IMG/VR virus record: IMGVR_UViG_3300027631_002940
Strand: one strand, 5' to 3'
Source: an uncultured virus (IMG/VR IMGVR_UViG_3300027631_002940)
Lineage: Duplodnaviria > Heunggongvirae > Uroviricota > Caudoviricetes
DNA length: 64,000 bases
Position numbers and translations under genes: made by a program. The notes beneath the pieces are model-generated. The model saw only the letters and a list, made by a program, of their open reading frames with translations, did not search any database and was not told the DNA's origin. Shown here one piece after another: positions 19,739 to 28,746 of this stretch (the first letter of the stretch is position 1; every line of letters starts with the position of its first letter).

Positions 19739-20257
19739 CTATCTTTTGTTCCCACAGTCAGAACAGAATTTGTCATTAGGCTTAAATGAACTGCCACATT
19801 GACTACAAAATTTACTTATTTGCTGATTACCACATTCTGGACAAAATTTACATGTATTATTGATAGAAGATTTACATGAGCTGCATACTCTATCATTATT
19901 TTTTACTTCTATTTCATCATCGTCGAAAGTAGCAAGCATTCTTTCAATATTGCTTAGTTTATTTTCTATTTCAGTAGGTGCAGATTCTTCTTCTGCGACA
20001 TTATGAATAGGATTAATTTTAAGTTGTAGATTATCGATGTATTCTTCAAAAACAGGATGTTCAAATGGGCTTGATTTTGGATTAGCAGTTACAAGCCCAT
20101 TTTCATCGATATCTATATCAATGGAAATAACATCATTAGGTTCGTTGTCTACCTTAGTAGATAGAACAGTGTGACCGTACTTATTCTTTTTGGGAATAAG
20201 CATATCTGGATTCTCTGTACCTGTAAATGATGCTCTTAGATTTTTAATTTCTTCCAT
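19739..20257 (-). CDS. Double zinc-ribbon (DZR) domain protein
   Basis: C-terminal CSSC..KFCPECG..FCSQCG..KFCSDCG. Confidence 0.8.
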   Translation of the reverse strand: MEEIKNLRASFTGTENPDMLIPKKNKYGHTVLSTKVDNEPNDVISIDIDIDENGLVTANPKSSPFEHPVFEEYIDNLQLKINPIHNVAEEESAPTEIENKLSNIERMLATFDDDEIEVKNNDRVCSSCKSSINNTCKFCPECGNQQISKFCSQCGSSFKPNDKFCSDCGNKR

Positions 20258-20273
20258 TGCAAACTATTATATC

Positions 20274-20588
20274 TTACTTTTTATCTTTATCAGCGGATTT
20301 CTGCCAAGAGAACTTTTCAATCTCAATATTCAAACTGGTACAAGCATTCAACACGCCTTCCATTACATCTGATTCTTTGATTTTGTCTGATGTTCTGAAT
20401 GAGACTGAAAAAGTATGGATTGTATCTGCAGTATCTGTTCTGCTAATCTTTGCCTTATTAACAAAGCTTTCGATTGCCGGATTGATATTCGGTTCTGTAT
20501 TTTCCATTGTTTCTACAGGCATATCATCTTGTCCAAATTCGCCAAGAGATTCTGCTGTGTTCATGTAGTTCTGATTAAGTTCGTCCAT
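20274..20588 (-). CDS. Hypothetical protein (104 aa)
   Basis: ATG at 20588 preceded by AAAGGT; shorter than the track ORF (20651). Confidence 0.65.
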   Translation of the reverse strand: MDELNQNYMNTAESLGEFGQDDMPVETMENTEPNINPAIESFVNKAKISRTDTADTIHTFSVSFRTSDKIKESDVMEGVLNACTSLNIEIEKFSWQKSADKDKK

Positions 20589-20744
20589 AATATTACCTTT
20601 AAGAGGATTTCTACATACATTATACAGATCAAACATCCTCCTTACCTTCAAAGGCGATATTCAATAATTAGTTCGGTTTTTTACACCCAATAGTATAAGG
20701 GAATTAATAGTATTAACTATATAGTAATTTAAAATTATTAAATT

Positions 20745-20818
20745 AAATTCTTAAATTTAAAAATTCTTAAATTTAAAAAATTCAATATATATTAATTAAT
20801 TAAATTCTTAAATTTAAA
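20745..20818. repeat. Three copies of AAATTCTTAAATTTAAA
   Basis: Copies at 20745-20761, 20761-20777 and 20802-20818 in an extremely AT-rich non-coding tract. Confidence 0.85.
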
Positions 20819-20829
20819 GAAAATGAATA

Positions 20830-20942
20830 TATAATATATGTTACATTAAATTAATAATTAGAATTAAGGATAAATTGTATAATATATGTTACATTAAATT
20901 AATAATTAGAATTAAGGATAAATTGTATAATATATGTTACAT
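20830..20942. repeat. Perfect 48-bp tandem repeat, two copies plus a 17-bp partial
   Basis: TATAATATATGTTACATTAAATTAATAATTAGAATTAAGGATAAATTG at 20830 and 20878; partial copy from 20926. Confidence 0.95.
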
Positions 20943-21179
20943 ATTAGAATAGATAATAGATTCATACAAATGTAATCTACTAAGAGTATCTTCAGGTTTA
21001 TCAATAACAATAATTTCAATGAAGCTTTTGCCTTCTTTGAATTTATCTATAATCCCAGGATATATTGTATTGATAGGACTAAGACATTGTTCTTCATAAG
21101 ATAGATCTTTAACCCTTTGATATTCAGAGTAAGCCCATATAGATAAATTTGCTATTCTAGATACGAGATTATGTTTCAT
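20937..21179 (-). CDS. Hypothetical protein (80 aa)
   Basis: ATGA overlap with the stop of the ligase gene. Confidence 0.6.
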   Translation of the reverse strand: MKHNLVSRIANLSIWAYSEYQRVKDLSYEEQCLSPINTIYPGIIDKFKEGKSFIEIIVIDKPEDTLSRLHLYESIIYSNM

Positions 21180-22054
21180 ACAGGTATTGTCAAAAACATT
21201 CTTACATTATTATTGATTTGATTGAGCTCATCTATTTCATTTCCAGTAGATAAAGAATTCATTCCATCCACATATAATTTATTTCTAAACTTTACTCTGT
21301 TAAAATGCTTGTCTACTAAAACAAAACCTTCATACTTGTTTGGATTACTATAAGCTTCTAAATATCTTAAACATTCATCCATACTGTAAACATTGAAATA
21401 TTCAGGTCTGAAATAATTATCTTCTTCAAAAGAGGCTAGAATATCATCAATAGGCACTTCTTTTTGATCAATTAGACTAATAACTCCTATTAGCTTCAAA
21501 ATGTGTTTATCATAGCTAATAGCCCCTTTATTCTTAGGAGTGGCAATTTCAAATGTATAGCAAAGATTCTTGTCAAGATTTTTAGTAAATGATTCAAATG
21601 ATGTATTGATTGATTCAAGACATTCATAAAATAATTCAGTCCAGGTTATTGTGTTATTTGGACTATTGATAGAATATACTGTCCATACTCCTACTGGAAT
21701 AAATCTAGTACCTAATAGCCATTCTCCATTATGATGATATAATGTGATCTGAGTACCATCATACTTGGATAATAACCTTGAACTATTCCAATCTATTTCG
21801 CTTAATGTTGCTGCTGAATATTCACTATCATGTTCATAAAAGGCAGGTAATGACATACTTACAACATCATAAGTTTCTGTATTTAAAATAAGACCTCTAG
21901 CTTCTTTTGTTATCTCTGAATCTTTTGGAGACAACATAGTGTAATCAAATACAACTAGTGGATATTTTTCATCAAAGTTAAGATATAAATTAAACTCTTG
22001 CTTCAAATCAGTTAGTGATTTACCTGATAGTAAATATTCTTTTATTACGCTCAT
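21176..22054 (-). CDS. RNA ligase, T4 Rnl1-like nucleotidyltransferase domain
   Basis: EARGLIL, motif I KYDG, YTFEI, EGFVL, RVKFR. Confidence 0.8.
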   Translation of the reverse strand: MSVIKEYLLSGKSLTDLKQEFNLYLNFDEKYPLVVFDYTMLSPKDSEITKEARGLILNTETYDVVSMSLPAFYEHDSEYSAATLSEIDWNSSRLLSKYDGTQITLYHHNGEWLLGTRFIPVGVWTVYSINSPNNTITWTELFYECLESINTSFESFTKNLDKNLCYTFEIATPKNKGAISYDKHILKLIGVISLIDQKEVPIDDILASFEEDNYFRPEYFNVYSMDECLRYLEAYSNPNKYEGFVLVDKHFNRVKFRNKLYVDGMNSLSTGNEIDELNQINNNVRMFLTIPV

Positions 22055-23176
22055 TTATTTGCCTATTGTGTGCTTGATTTTATGAAATATTTTTCTTCCA
22101 ATATTCCCATTAAAATGTAGTATTTTTTCGTTAATATTATTTTCCAGTAGTTCATTGAAACTACCGTATATTTGTTTTTCATTAAAGAGTTGCTTGTTGT
22201 AAGATTTATCTAGTTCTATAATTGCTCTATTCATACAGAGAGCAATATTTAGCAATGCTTGCTCTCTCCAGTCAACATCTTTGTTTTCATTTAGATAATT
22301 TATTCCTAAATTCTCAAATGATCTTAATTTTGATTCTAGTCTTAAGAACGCTTTTCTTTTTCCTGCAATTACTCCACCATTGATTAGTATTGAATCTTCA
22401 GTAAGTAAATCTAATATCTGGTTTGTATACTCTGATTTAAAGTATGGCATTTGTTGATCCGAAATAATCTGTTTTAATGATTTATTTCCATGATCACCCT
22501 GTTCTTTGCATATAAGTATTTTTTCATCATTTAGCACTTTTACTCTATTAATCAAAGAATCTAAAGATGATTGAATATACATGTCTACATCAAAGAATAA
22601 TATTTCTTCTGCTAATGTTATTGATCCCAGACTATATATGATTGTTTTGTGCCACTTCTTATAATCTACTAAATTACTAGAGAAATAAATGACATTGACA
22701 TCTTTAAGTATATAATCTGGGATGTAATCATTTTCTTTACAAAACATAACCAGATTGAATGTTTTCTTCTTGTTTTTGATCGATTGTATGAATACATTTA
22801 CATATTCGATCATTTGAGAATCATATATAAAAGTTATTATTTTATTATGATTTGTTTTGGATAATTCGATTTTACATTTTTCATATGGTGCTAAGTAATA
22901 TTTTGGTATATCTGAAAATATGCCTTTTACTTCGCATTGTCCTGAATTTATTTTTATTTCTATATTTTTGTTTTTTATGTCTAATAAATATCCATGTGTA
23001 TTTGACTCTATATTATTCTGATATGAAAATAGAAGAGTTTTGTCAGCATAAATATCTATATCTATATCACTTGAATATAAATCAAAATATAGGGCATTAT
23101 GTGGTGATGTAAAATTTATGTTTTCATTCAGTAATAATGATTTACTACAATGATCTAAATATTCTGCTAAATACAT
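22055..23176 (-). CDS. GT-A glycosyltransferase, GT8-like, with extra N-terminal domain
   Basis: ILFFDVDM (DxD), INGGVI, EQALLN, YN, ILHFNG. Confidence 0.8.
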   Translation of the reverse strand: MYLAEYLDHCSKSLLLNENINFTSPHNALYFDLYSSDIDIDIYADKTLLFSYQNNIESNTHGYLLDIKNKNIEIKINSGQCEVKGIFSDIPKYYLAPYEKCKIELSKTNHNKIITFIYDSQMIEYVNVFIQSIKNKKKTFNLVMFCKENDYIPDYILKDVNVIYFSSNLVDYKKWHKTIIYSLGSITLAEEILFFDVDMYIQSSLDSLINRVKVLNDEKILICKEQGDHGNKSLKQIISDQQMPYFKSEYTNQILDLLTEDSILINGGVIAGKRKAFLRLESKLRSFENLGINYLNENKDVDWREQALLNIALCMNRAIIELDKSYNKQLFNEKQIYGSFNELLENNINEKILHFNGNIGRKIFHKIKHTIGK

Positions 23177-23796
23177 TTATTAGTTTTTATCAAATCTTTT
23201 AGGAATGAACTTTCTGGATGATATTTTTGATATTTTGTAATATCTAATGATTTGAAATATATTGGTTTTCTTAAATAGCCTTCACTATAAATATCTATAT
23301 ATTCAAGATCTAATATTTCGTTTTCGTTGCAATAAAATTCATCTTCATGTGATAATCTCTTGTAGAACTTTTCACTTAATATCGCTTGTGATTTTGAGCA
23401 GTTTTTTAATGACAAAATATATTCTTTATTTCTTTGAATAAAATCATTAGAAAATAAGCCCATATTCCACCACCCAACTTTAGAAATACTTATATGATCT
23501 CCAGGACCAAAATTATTTATGTTTTCTATTGATTTATCACCAAAAGTTACGGTATCATGAGCAACAAACCAATAATCAGCGTAAAGATTGAGTTCCAGTA
23601 TTTCTATTAGTGCGGTGTGATCAAAAGAATTATGATTGCAATAGTGATGAACAATGTCGTTTTCATATTTTTGCATTCTATTCTCACAGCCTCCTATAAA
23701 GAAATGTACTGGGATTCCACCGCAGAGAGGTCCTATGACAGTATCTCTCTGCTTTGTGTTATTAATGTGAGAAGAAATAGCAATACTAAATTTCAA
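23167..23796 (-). CDS. Putative glycosyltransferase-like protein (209 aa)
   Basis: N-terminal strand FSIAISSH, HNSFDHTALIEI, YWFVAHDT, NMGLFS; adjacent to the GT8-like gene. Confidence 0.5.
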   Translation of the reverse strand: MKFSIAISSHINNTKQRDTVIGPLCGGIPVHFFIGGCENRMQKYENDIVHHYCNHNSFDHTALIEILELNLYADYWFVAHDTVTFGDKSIENINNFGPGDHISISKVGWWNMGLFSNDFIQRNKEYILSLKNCSKSQAILSEKFYKRLSHEDEFYCNENEILDLEYIDIYSEGYLRKPIYFKSLDITKYQKYHPESSFLKDLIKTNKCI

Positions 23797-24284
23797 ATGA
23801 TAATTCCGGTGTAATATAATTCGCCTGTTTTGTGCTTGTTATATTTGTACATTTTGGGGTCTATTATGGAATCGACCTTGAATAAGATATTTACAACATT
23901 ATCAATATTGTCTATGGCACTTTTATCTATTTTTGATACACATTTTAAATAATCAGGCTCAAATTCTGTGAAAGAAGTTTTTATTTTGCCAGTGATCATA
24001 CAGAACAAAATAAAAATATCATCATATTTGTTGGCAGCATATATTTTATTAGCATCTGCAGTTATATTTGTAAATTTTATTATCTGTTCTTTATTTATTT
24101 TGCATGTATCTTTGATGTAAATATATTCAGATAAATTATCCAAATTATTTATAAACTCGTAATTCCCATCTAAAGGTATGGTAAAAGGGCTAGATAATAT
24201 AAAAATCCTACTAAATTGATCTTTTATATCTAGTAGGATTTTTATTGTATTAAGCTTGGACGTTGATTTTATTACTAGGATCAA
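23793..24284 (-). CDS. Hypothetical protein, possibly a degenerate GT-like paralogue (163 aa)
   Basis: EYIYIKDTC aligns loosely with DYWFVAHDTV of the neighbour; 4-nt overlaps at both ends. Confidence 0.45.
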   Translation of the reverse strand: MILVIKSTSKLNTIKILLDIKDQFSRIFILSSPFTIPLDGNYEFINNLDNLSEYIYIKDTCKINKEQIIKFTNITADANKIYAANKYDDIFILFCMITGKIKTSFTEFEPDYLKCVSKIDKSAIDNIDNVVNILFKVDSIIDPKMYKYNKHKTGELYYTGIII

Positions 24285-25348
24285 ATAGCACCTGAGATAT
24301 TAAAGTTATATCTAAAGAATCTACTTCTACCACCAGGCAAGTTAAATTCTGGAACAGTGATAGTTCCAATACGTGGGTATCTTGCAATTGGTAATTTTTC
24401 GAGTTGTTTGTCGAATTCTTCCTTATACATTGTGGCAGAACTCTTCAAATCTTCAAAAACCTTAGCATCCGGATCTTCTAATAACAGTCTCTTCTGTCTA
24501 GCAGTCAATGATGTTAATAAGCTTCTCAGTAAATAATAACAAGCACCAGAAATCAAGGCTGGTTCATAGTAAAATGGAGCTGATACCACTGTTGGATATT
24601 TATTAGATCCTGGCTGTGCGTTTACGGATTGAAGTGCCATATTTAGGGCGTGATTCATATGAGAACCAGTAAATAATCTAATATTATATGAAACTAATAC
24701 AGTATCATAGGAATGCACTGACTGAGCATTATTAGCAGTATTTATGAAATAAATATTACCCATATAATCACTCTTGAACTTTAAACCACTTGTGTAGTTT
24801 GTAGTATCATTTAATGTTTTAGTGATAGAATCATATTCAGACAAAGTGAACATTGAATCTCTATTACCATCTTCAGAATATCCAGTTATTCTTACTTCAG
24901 GTCTAGGATTGTAATTCCAATAAGGGAATGCTACTGTACCTCTTGTTCTATTACCATTGAAAATAATTTCTTCATCATAAATAGGTATATTGAGCAATGT
25001 TTGCAATTCATATCTCAAACTACTTTTAATAAGTAATTCATCTCCAGATATCGGTTGGGAAGTTGATAAAACAGTATTGGCAGAATTAACTTCTTGAATA
25101 ACATAATAAGAATTTGGATTACCAGCTGTGTCTACATATTCATTAATAGGATATGCAACAGTGGCAATTTCTGTATATGTTCCATCAAAATATGAAGAAC
25201 GGAATACTTTATAATTAGCTACACCTGTGGAAGTGTATCTATCCCATTCTATATATATACCTGGATTACCAGCTGTAGTGTTATAAAATACTAATGGGCT
25301 TTCAACATAGGATTGAATGCTAACATCACTTCCTGAAATTAATTCCAT
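24281..25348 (-). CDS. Putative neck/head-tail adaptor with N-terminal FN3-like domain
   Basis: IEWD..NYKVFRS..YVD..YYVI (FN3-like); helical C-terminus LNMALQSVNAQP..LISGACYYLL typical of adaptors; GAGGT upstream. Confidence 0.55.
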   Translation of the reverse strand: MELISGSDVSIQSYVESPLVFYNTTAGNPGIYIEWDRYTSTGVANYKVFRSSYFDGTYTEIATVAYPINEYVDTAGNPNSYYVIQEVNSANTVLSTSQPISGDELLIKSSLRYELQTLLNIPIYDEEIIFNGNRTRGTVAFPYWNYNPRPEVRITGYSEDGNRDSMFTLSEYDSITKTLNDTTNYTSGLKFKSDYMGNIYFINTANNAQSVHSYDTVLVSYNIRLFTGSHMNHALNMALQSVNAQPGSNKYPTVVSAPFYYEPALISGACYYLLRSLLTSLTARQKRLLLEDPDAKVFEDLKSSATMYKEEFDKQLEKLPIARYPRIGTITVPEFNLPGGRSRFFRYNFNISGAI

Positions 25349-25363
25349 ACATACCTCTTAAAT

Positions 25364-25404
25364 AATAAAACGGTTCAAGAATATTTTTCCTGAACCGTTT
25401 TATT
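25364..25404. terminator. Intergenic hairpin (terminator, attenuator or operator)
   Basis: Perfect 14-bp inverted repeat AATAAAACGGTTCA / TGAACCGTTTTATT with a 13-nt spacer. Confidence 0.65.
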
Positions 25405-25415
25405 AATATCCTCTA

Positions 25416-26186
25416 TTACTTTTGTCGTTTGAAAGAGGGAGTTGAGCCCTCCACTAGATCAGCTTCTAGATCAATCTCATGTGCAATAGCTGCTTCATCT
25501 GGAAAGAAGTCTTCTGTGGGAATAGTCTTATACTCAAAATCACCACCCGCAATATAGCCATCCTTATTTAGATTGCTCATATTCATTTTTCTTGGTGAAA
25601 CATTTCCATCGCTATCTTGGGAAGCTACTACTGCACTACCCTTACGAATATCACCAGACACGGATACGCTTGTTGATTTTACTAATCTTTGTACGATAGT
25701 TGGATCTGACTTAACCATTGCAGCAAATTGTTCTACGGATAGCTCGTCACCTTGCATTTCTGCCTGATGTTGTGCAATATCAAGAGCTAAAGCATAAGTC
25801 AAGGAATCATTTGCATATCCCGAAATAGACACTGTTCCATCCTTGTTATATGGCTTCTCAGCATCTAATGATTCCACTTCGATAGTCTTACCATCGATTT
25901 CCATAGTTTCATAACCGGAATTCTTCTTTTGACGTAAGATCTCTTTCTTTTCTCTTTCAGCTTCACGAGATAAAATTGAATCCCATGCATCTGAGGAAAT
26001 TTGTACTAAAATTCCTTTTCGCAAAGAATTCTTAAGATCTTTCGATGCTTTGACAAGCTTAGGGTCTTCCCAAGTAAGATCAATTACTTGTAATGGGTCA
26101 AAACTTAGCTTGATGTCACTTACATAATGCGGCGATGGGGTTCTATTTTGAATGATAAATGTTTGTTCAGGTTCTTGTTCCATCAT
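25416..26186 (-). CDS. Hypothetical protein (256 aa)
   Basis: Start placed at the ATGA overlap with the upstream stop (MMEQEPEQ) rather than at 26243. Confidence 0.7.
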   Translation of the reverse strand: MMEQEPEQTFIIQNRTPSPHYVSDIKLSFDPLQVIDLTWEDPKLVKASKDLKNSLRKGILVQISSDAWDSILSREAEREKKEILRQKKNSGYETMEIDGKTIEVESLDAEKPYNKDGTVSISGYANDSLTYALALDIAQHQAEMQGDELSVEQFAAMVKSDPTIVQRLVKSTSVSVSGDIRKGSAVVASQDSDGNVSPRKMNMSNLNKDGYIAGGDFEYKTIPTEDFFPDEAAIAHEIDLEADLVEGSTPSFKRQK

Positions 26187-26527
26187 TGTTTCCTCTGTAT
26201 AGGCATAGAAGTAACACCATCTAAGCCTTCTTTCCCGGTCCAAATTTCATTTGATTTAGCTTCTCTGCTATTAGGATCATAAGTGTTTTTACGAACTTTT
26301 TTCTGATCTTTCATATAATCAGCCATTTCTCTTCTGTTAGTAGTTGTACCAAATTTTTTCTCATTAGCCGTTAAACCATTGGTTACAGATACCATATTAA
26401 ATACTCTTTTGGCTAAACATCCGTCAATACCACAAGGACATTCTATTTCCGGTTTATAATCTGAGATTTGTATACTGATCGTATATTTACGTTCAGCTGA
26501 TGCACATTTGAATTCGTATCTAGGCAT
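26183..26527 (-). CDS. FmdB-like zinc-ribbon protein
   Basis: MPRYEFKC...IECPCGIDGC..KRVF. Confidence 0.65.
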   Translation of the reverse strand: MPRYEFKCASAERKYTISIQISDYKPEIECPCGIDGCLAKRVFNMVSVTNGLTANEKKFGTTTNRREMADYMKDQKKVRKNTYDPNSREAKSNEIWTGKEGLDGVTSMPIQRKQ

Positions 26528-26542
26528 TTTTGGTTCTTCTCT

Positions 26543-26570
26543 AAAGGACATTGTACAAAGTAAATAGAAA
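26543..26570 (+). promoter_or_regulatory. Candidate late promoter AAAGG-N19-GAAA
   Basis: At the divergence point ahead of the plus-strand operon, followed by an AGGAG RBS. Confidence 0.5.
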
Positions 26571-26596
26571 ATTTATTCGAATAGGAGAAAGTTTAA

Positions 26597-26779
26597 ATGG
26601 AAAATTCTCAAGAAGTTCTCGATGCTACTACTACACATCAAATGTACTGCGTTAAATGCAGGACAATGGTAACCGTAGTATCACCTAAGAGAATAGTAAT
26701 GAAAAGCTCCCGTCATGCGCTTCAGGGCAAATGTCCTCACTGCACCACACATACTTATAAAATTGTAGCAAAAAAATAA
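26597..26779 (+). CDS. DUF5679-like small zinc-ribbon protein
   Basis: MYCVKCRT..KSSRHALQGKCPHCTT.TYKI; AGGAG RBS. Confidence 0.75.
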   Translation: MENSQEVLDATTTHQMYCVKCRTMVTVVSPKRIVMKSSRHALQGKCPHCTTHTYKIVAKK

Positions 26780-26781
26780 TT

Positions 26782-28731
26782 ATGGAAAATATAAACACAC
26801 GTATAGCTCAAACTCCAGGACTAGCTCCAGGAAGAGCAAGCACCTGGGATTTTGTCAAAGATACATTAACAGATGGCGCAGCCAAAATTAATGAATTATC
26901 TAAGACAGAAAAGTCCGATAGTTCAGCTACCGCTAATATAGACAAAGATTTAGAATCTGGCAAGAGAATTGTCGAAGATGCACAAAAGATTTCTTCAGAT
27001 CTTATTGCTTTAGGAATCCCAGAAAGTGTTTATAGAACTTTATATTATGCTCGTTTTCAAGCTAACAATATCTCAATTGAAACTCAATCTAAGATATTCA
27101 AAGCTGCAGTTGATTTAGTAAGTACTTCAAATATCAACGCAAGACCAGCTGTCGAGATGGTCTATACTTTGTTTCTTAAACTAGGAACTAATATTGATTT
27201 AGTATCTGGTGTAATAGACGCATTAAAAAAGTATGAGCAAGAATATCCTAATCTTGGATTATGGCAAGTAGCTTTTAATATAGCAATTGGCGCACCCGGA
27301 GCTATGGCTAGAGCTAAAAGCTTGATATCCACATTTACTGGAGTCAAGGGAGAACTAAATGGTAAAAATTTAGCAAAAGCTTTACATGCTATTATTCAAC
27401 CATTTTCTTCAGCTGCTCAAGAATTAGTTAAGAACAGAATGATGCAAGAAGGGCGTAAGAAAGAAATGGAAACGCTCTACATGCAGAAGTTTAGAATTGG
27501 CCTAGATTTCCAAACCCAAAGATGGAAGCAAGAATCTGGCTATCTAAATGGCATCAGTAGTTTTATCCGTGGAGCAATGTCTGGTCCTTTTGGTACTCTT
27601 TATTTGAACTGGTGGAGAATGCTTACCGCAATCTCTGTTGGTGCTACTATGAAGGACCAGATATTCAAGACACTACCTGGTAACAAAATGTCTCCGCAAA
27701 CTGGCGGCGGTAAAACAAGAGGCGAACAATTTGATGAATTGTTAGGTAAAGGCGCATCTGTTGAACTGCTAAGAAAAGTATTAGCAGCCCCAGTTGTCAA
27801 CCCTTACGCTTCTACTATTACAGATTCTAATACATTATCAGGTTTAGGTGGTACTACTACAGCTAGAAATGTTGACTTAGAAGAAGCTGTATCCTTATAT
27901 GAGAGTAAGAAAAAGCAACGTGATGAACAATCTGCTGCTTTAAAGAAGTTATGGTCCGTTTCATTATCTGCAACTCCTGATCCATTTTCTGGTGAAGGTG
28001 TAGATATGAATAATATTCAACAAGCTTTACCGGCTGATGCTACACAATCTGCTCAAGTTTATTTGAATTTAGCTAAAGAAGTTGAATCTTTAGGCTCAAG
28101 AATTATTGGAATGCAGACTACATTACAAGGTGATCAATCAGCTCCATCTGCTCAGGAAAAGAATATTCTTGAAGCTAGATTGAGAACAATAAAGACCGAG
28201 CAAGTAGATAACAAACAACATGTACTTATGGGTACTAATATGGTTATTGTTATTCCAATTGAAATGAAGATTGTAGATGTTAAAATGAATAGAGCATCTG
28301 CTAAAATTTCATATGATGACTCTAAAGCTCGTGGTGGTTATGATATGAGAAGATTAACTAGTGAGTTAGTAGCTTCTTATAATGAAGAAATAGCTCTTAG
28401 ATCTCAAGCTTATACTCAATATATGACTTTATCATCAAGTGGAACTGCTGGAATGAATAATTTCTTTATGCAGTTAGCTAAGAGAGCAGCCTTAGCTTTA
28501 AAAGGACTGAGAACAACAGCAAGTTCTTTAGTATTAGGATTGTCTCCAGCATATAAAACTGCTTCAGAAAAATCTAAGTATTTAAAAACTGGTGATGCAG
28601 AAACCGAAGAGTACTGGGACGAATTACTACCAGGAATGGGAACTGCAATGGAACATCCCGGTAAATATCGCAAAGTCAAGACAGATGATATTAAACCACA
28701 TCATTCTAAGTATAAAATAATCAAAAAATAA
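26782..28731 (+). CDS. Helical Ala-rich protein (649 aa), possible internal/ejection or tape-measure-related protein
   Basis: Long ORF, A/L/S/Q-rich helical pattern, no catalytic motif recognised. Confidence 0.5.
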   Translation: MENINTRIAQTPGLAPGRASTWDFVKDTLTDGAAKINELSKTEKSDSSATANIDKDLESGKRIVEDAQKISSDLIALGIPESVYRTLYYARFQANNISIETQSKIFKAAVDLVSTSNINARPAVEMVYTLFLKLGTNIDLVSGVIDALKKYEQEYPNLGLWQVAFNIAIGAPGAMARAKSLISTFTGVKGELNGKNLAKALHAIIQPFSSAAQELVKNRMMQEGRKKEMETLYMQKFRIGLDFQTQRWKQESGYLNGISSFIRGAMSGPFGTLYLNWWRMLTAISVGATMKDQIFKTLPGNKMSPQTGGGKTRGEQFDELLGKGASVELLRKVLAAPVVNPYASTITDSNTLSGLGGTTTARNVDLEEAVSLYESKKKQRDEQSAALKKLWSVSLSATPDPFSGEGVDMNNIQQALPADATQSAQVYLNLAKEVESLGSRIIGMQTTLQGDQSAPSAQEKNILEARLRTIKTEQVDNKQHVLMGTNMVIVIPIEMKIVDVKMNRASAKISYDDSKARGGYDMRRLTSELVASYNEEIALRSQAYTQYMTLSSSGTAGMNNFFMQLAKRAALALKGLRTTASSLVLGLSPAYKTASEKSKYLKTGDAETEEYWDELLPGMGTAMEHPGKYRKVKTDDIKPHHSKYKIIKK

Positions 28732-28746
28732 CGGTACAATTTAACC

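Noticed and set aside
20830..20942. CRISPR array
   Set aside because: Units are directly adjacent and identical, with no unique spacers and no cas genes
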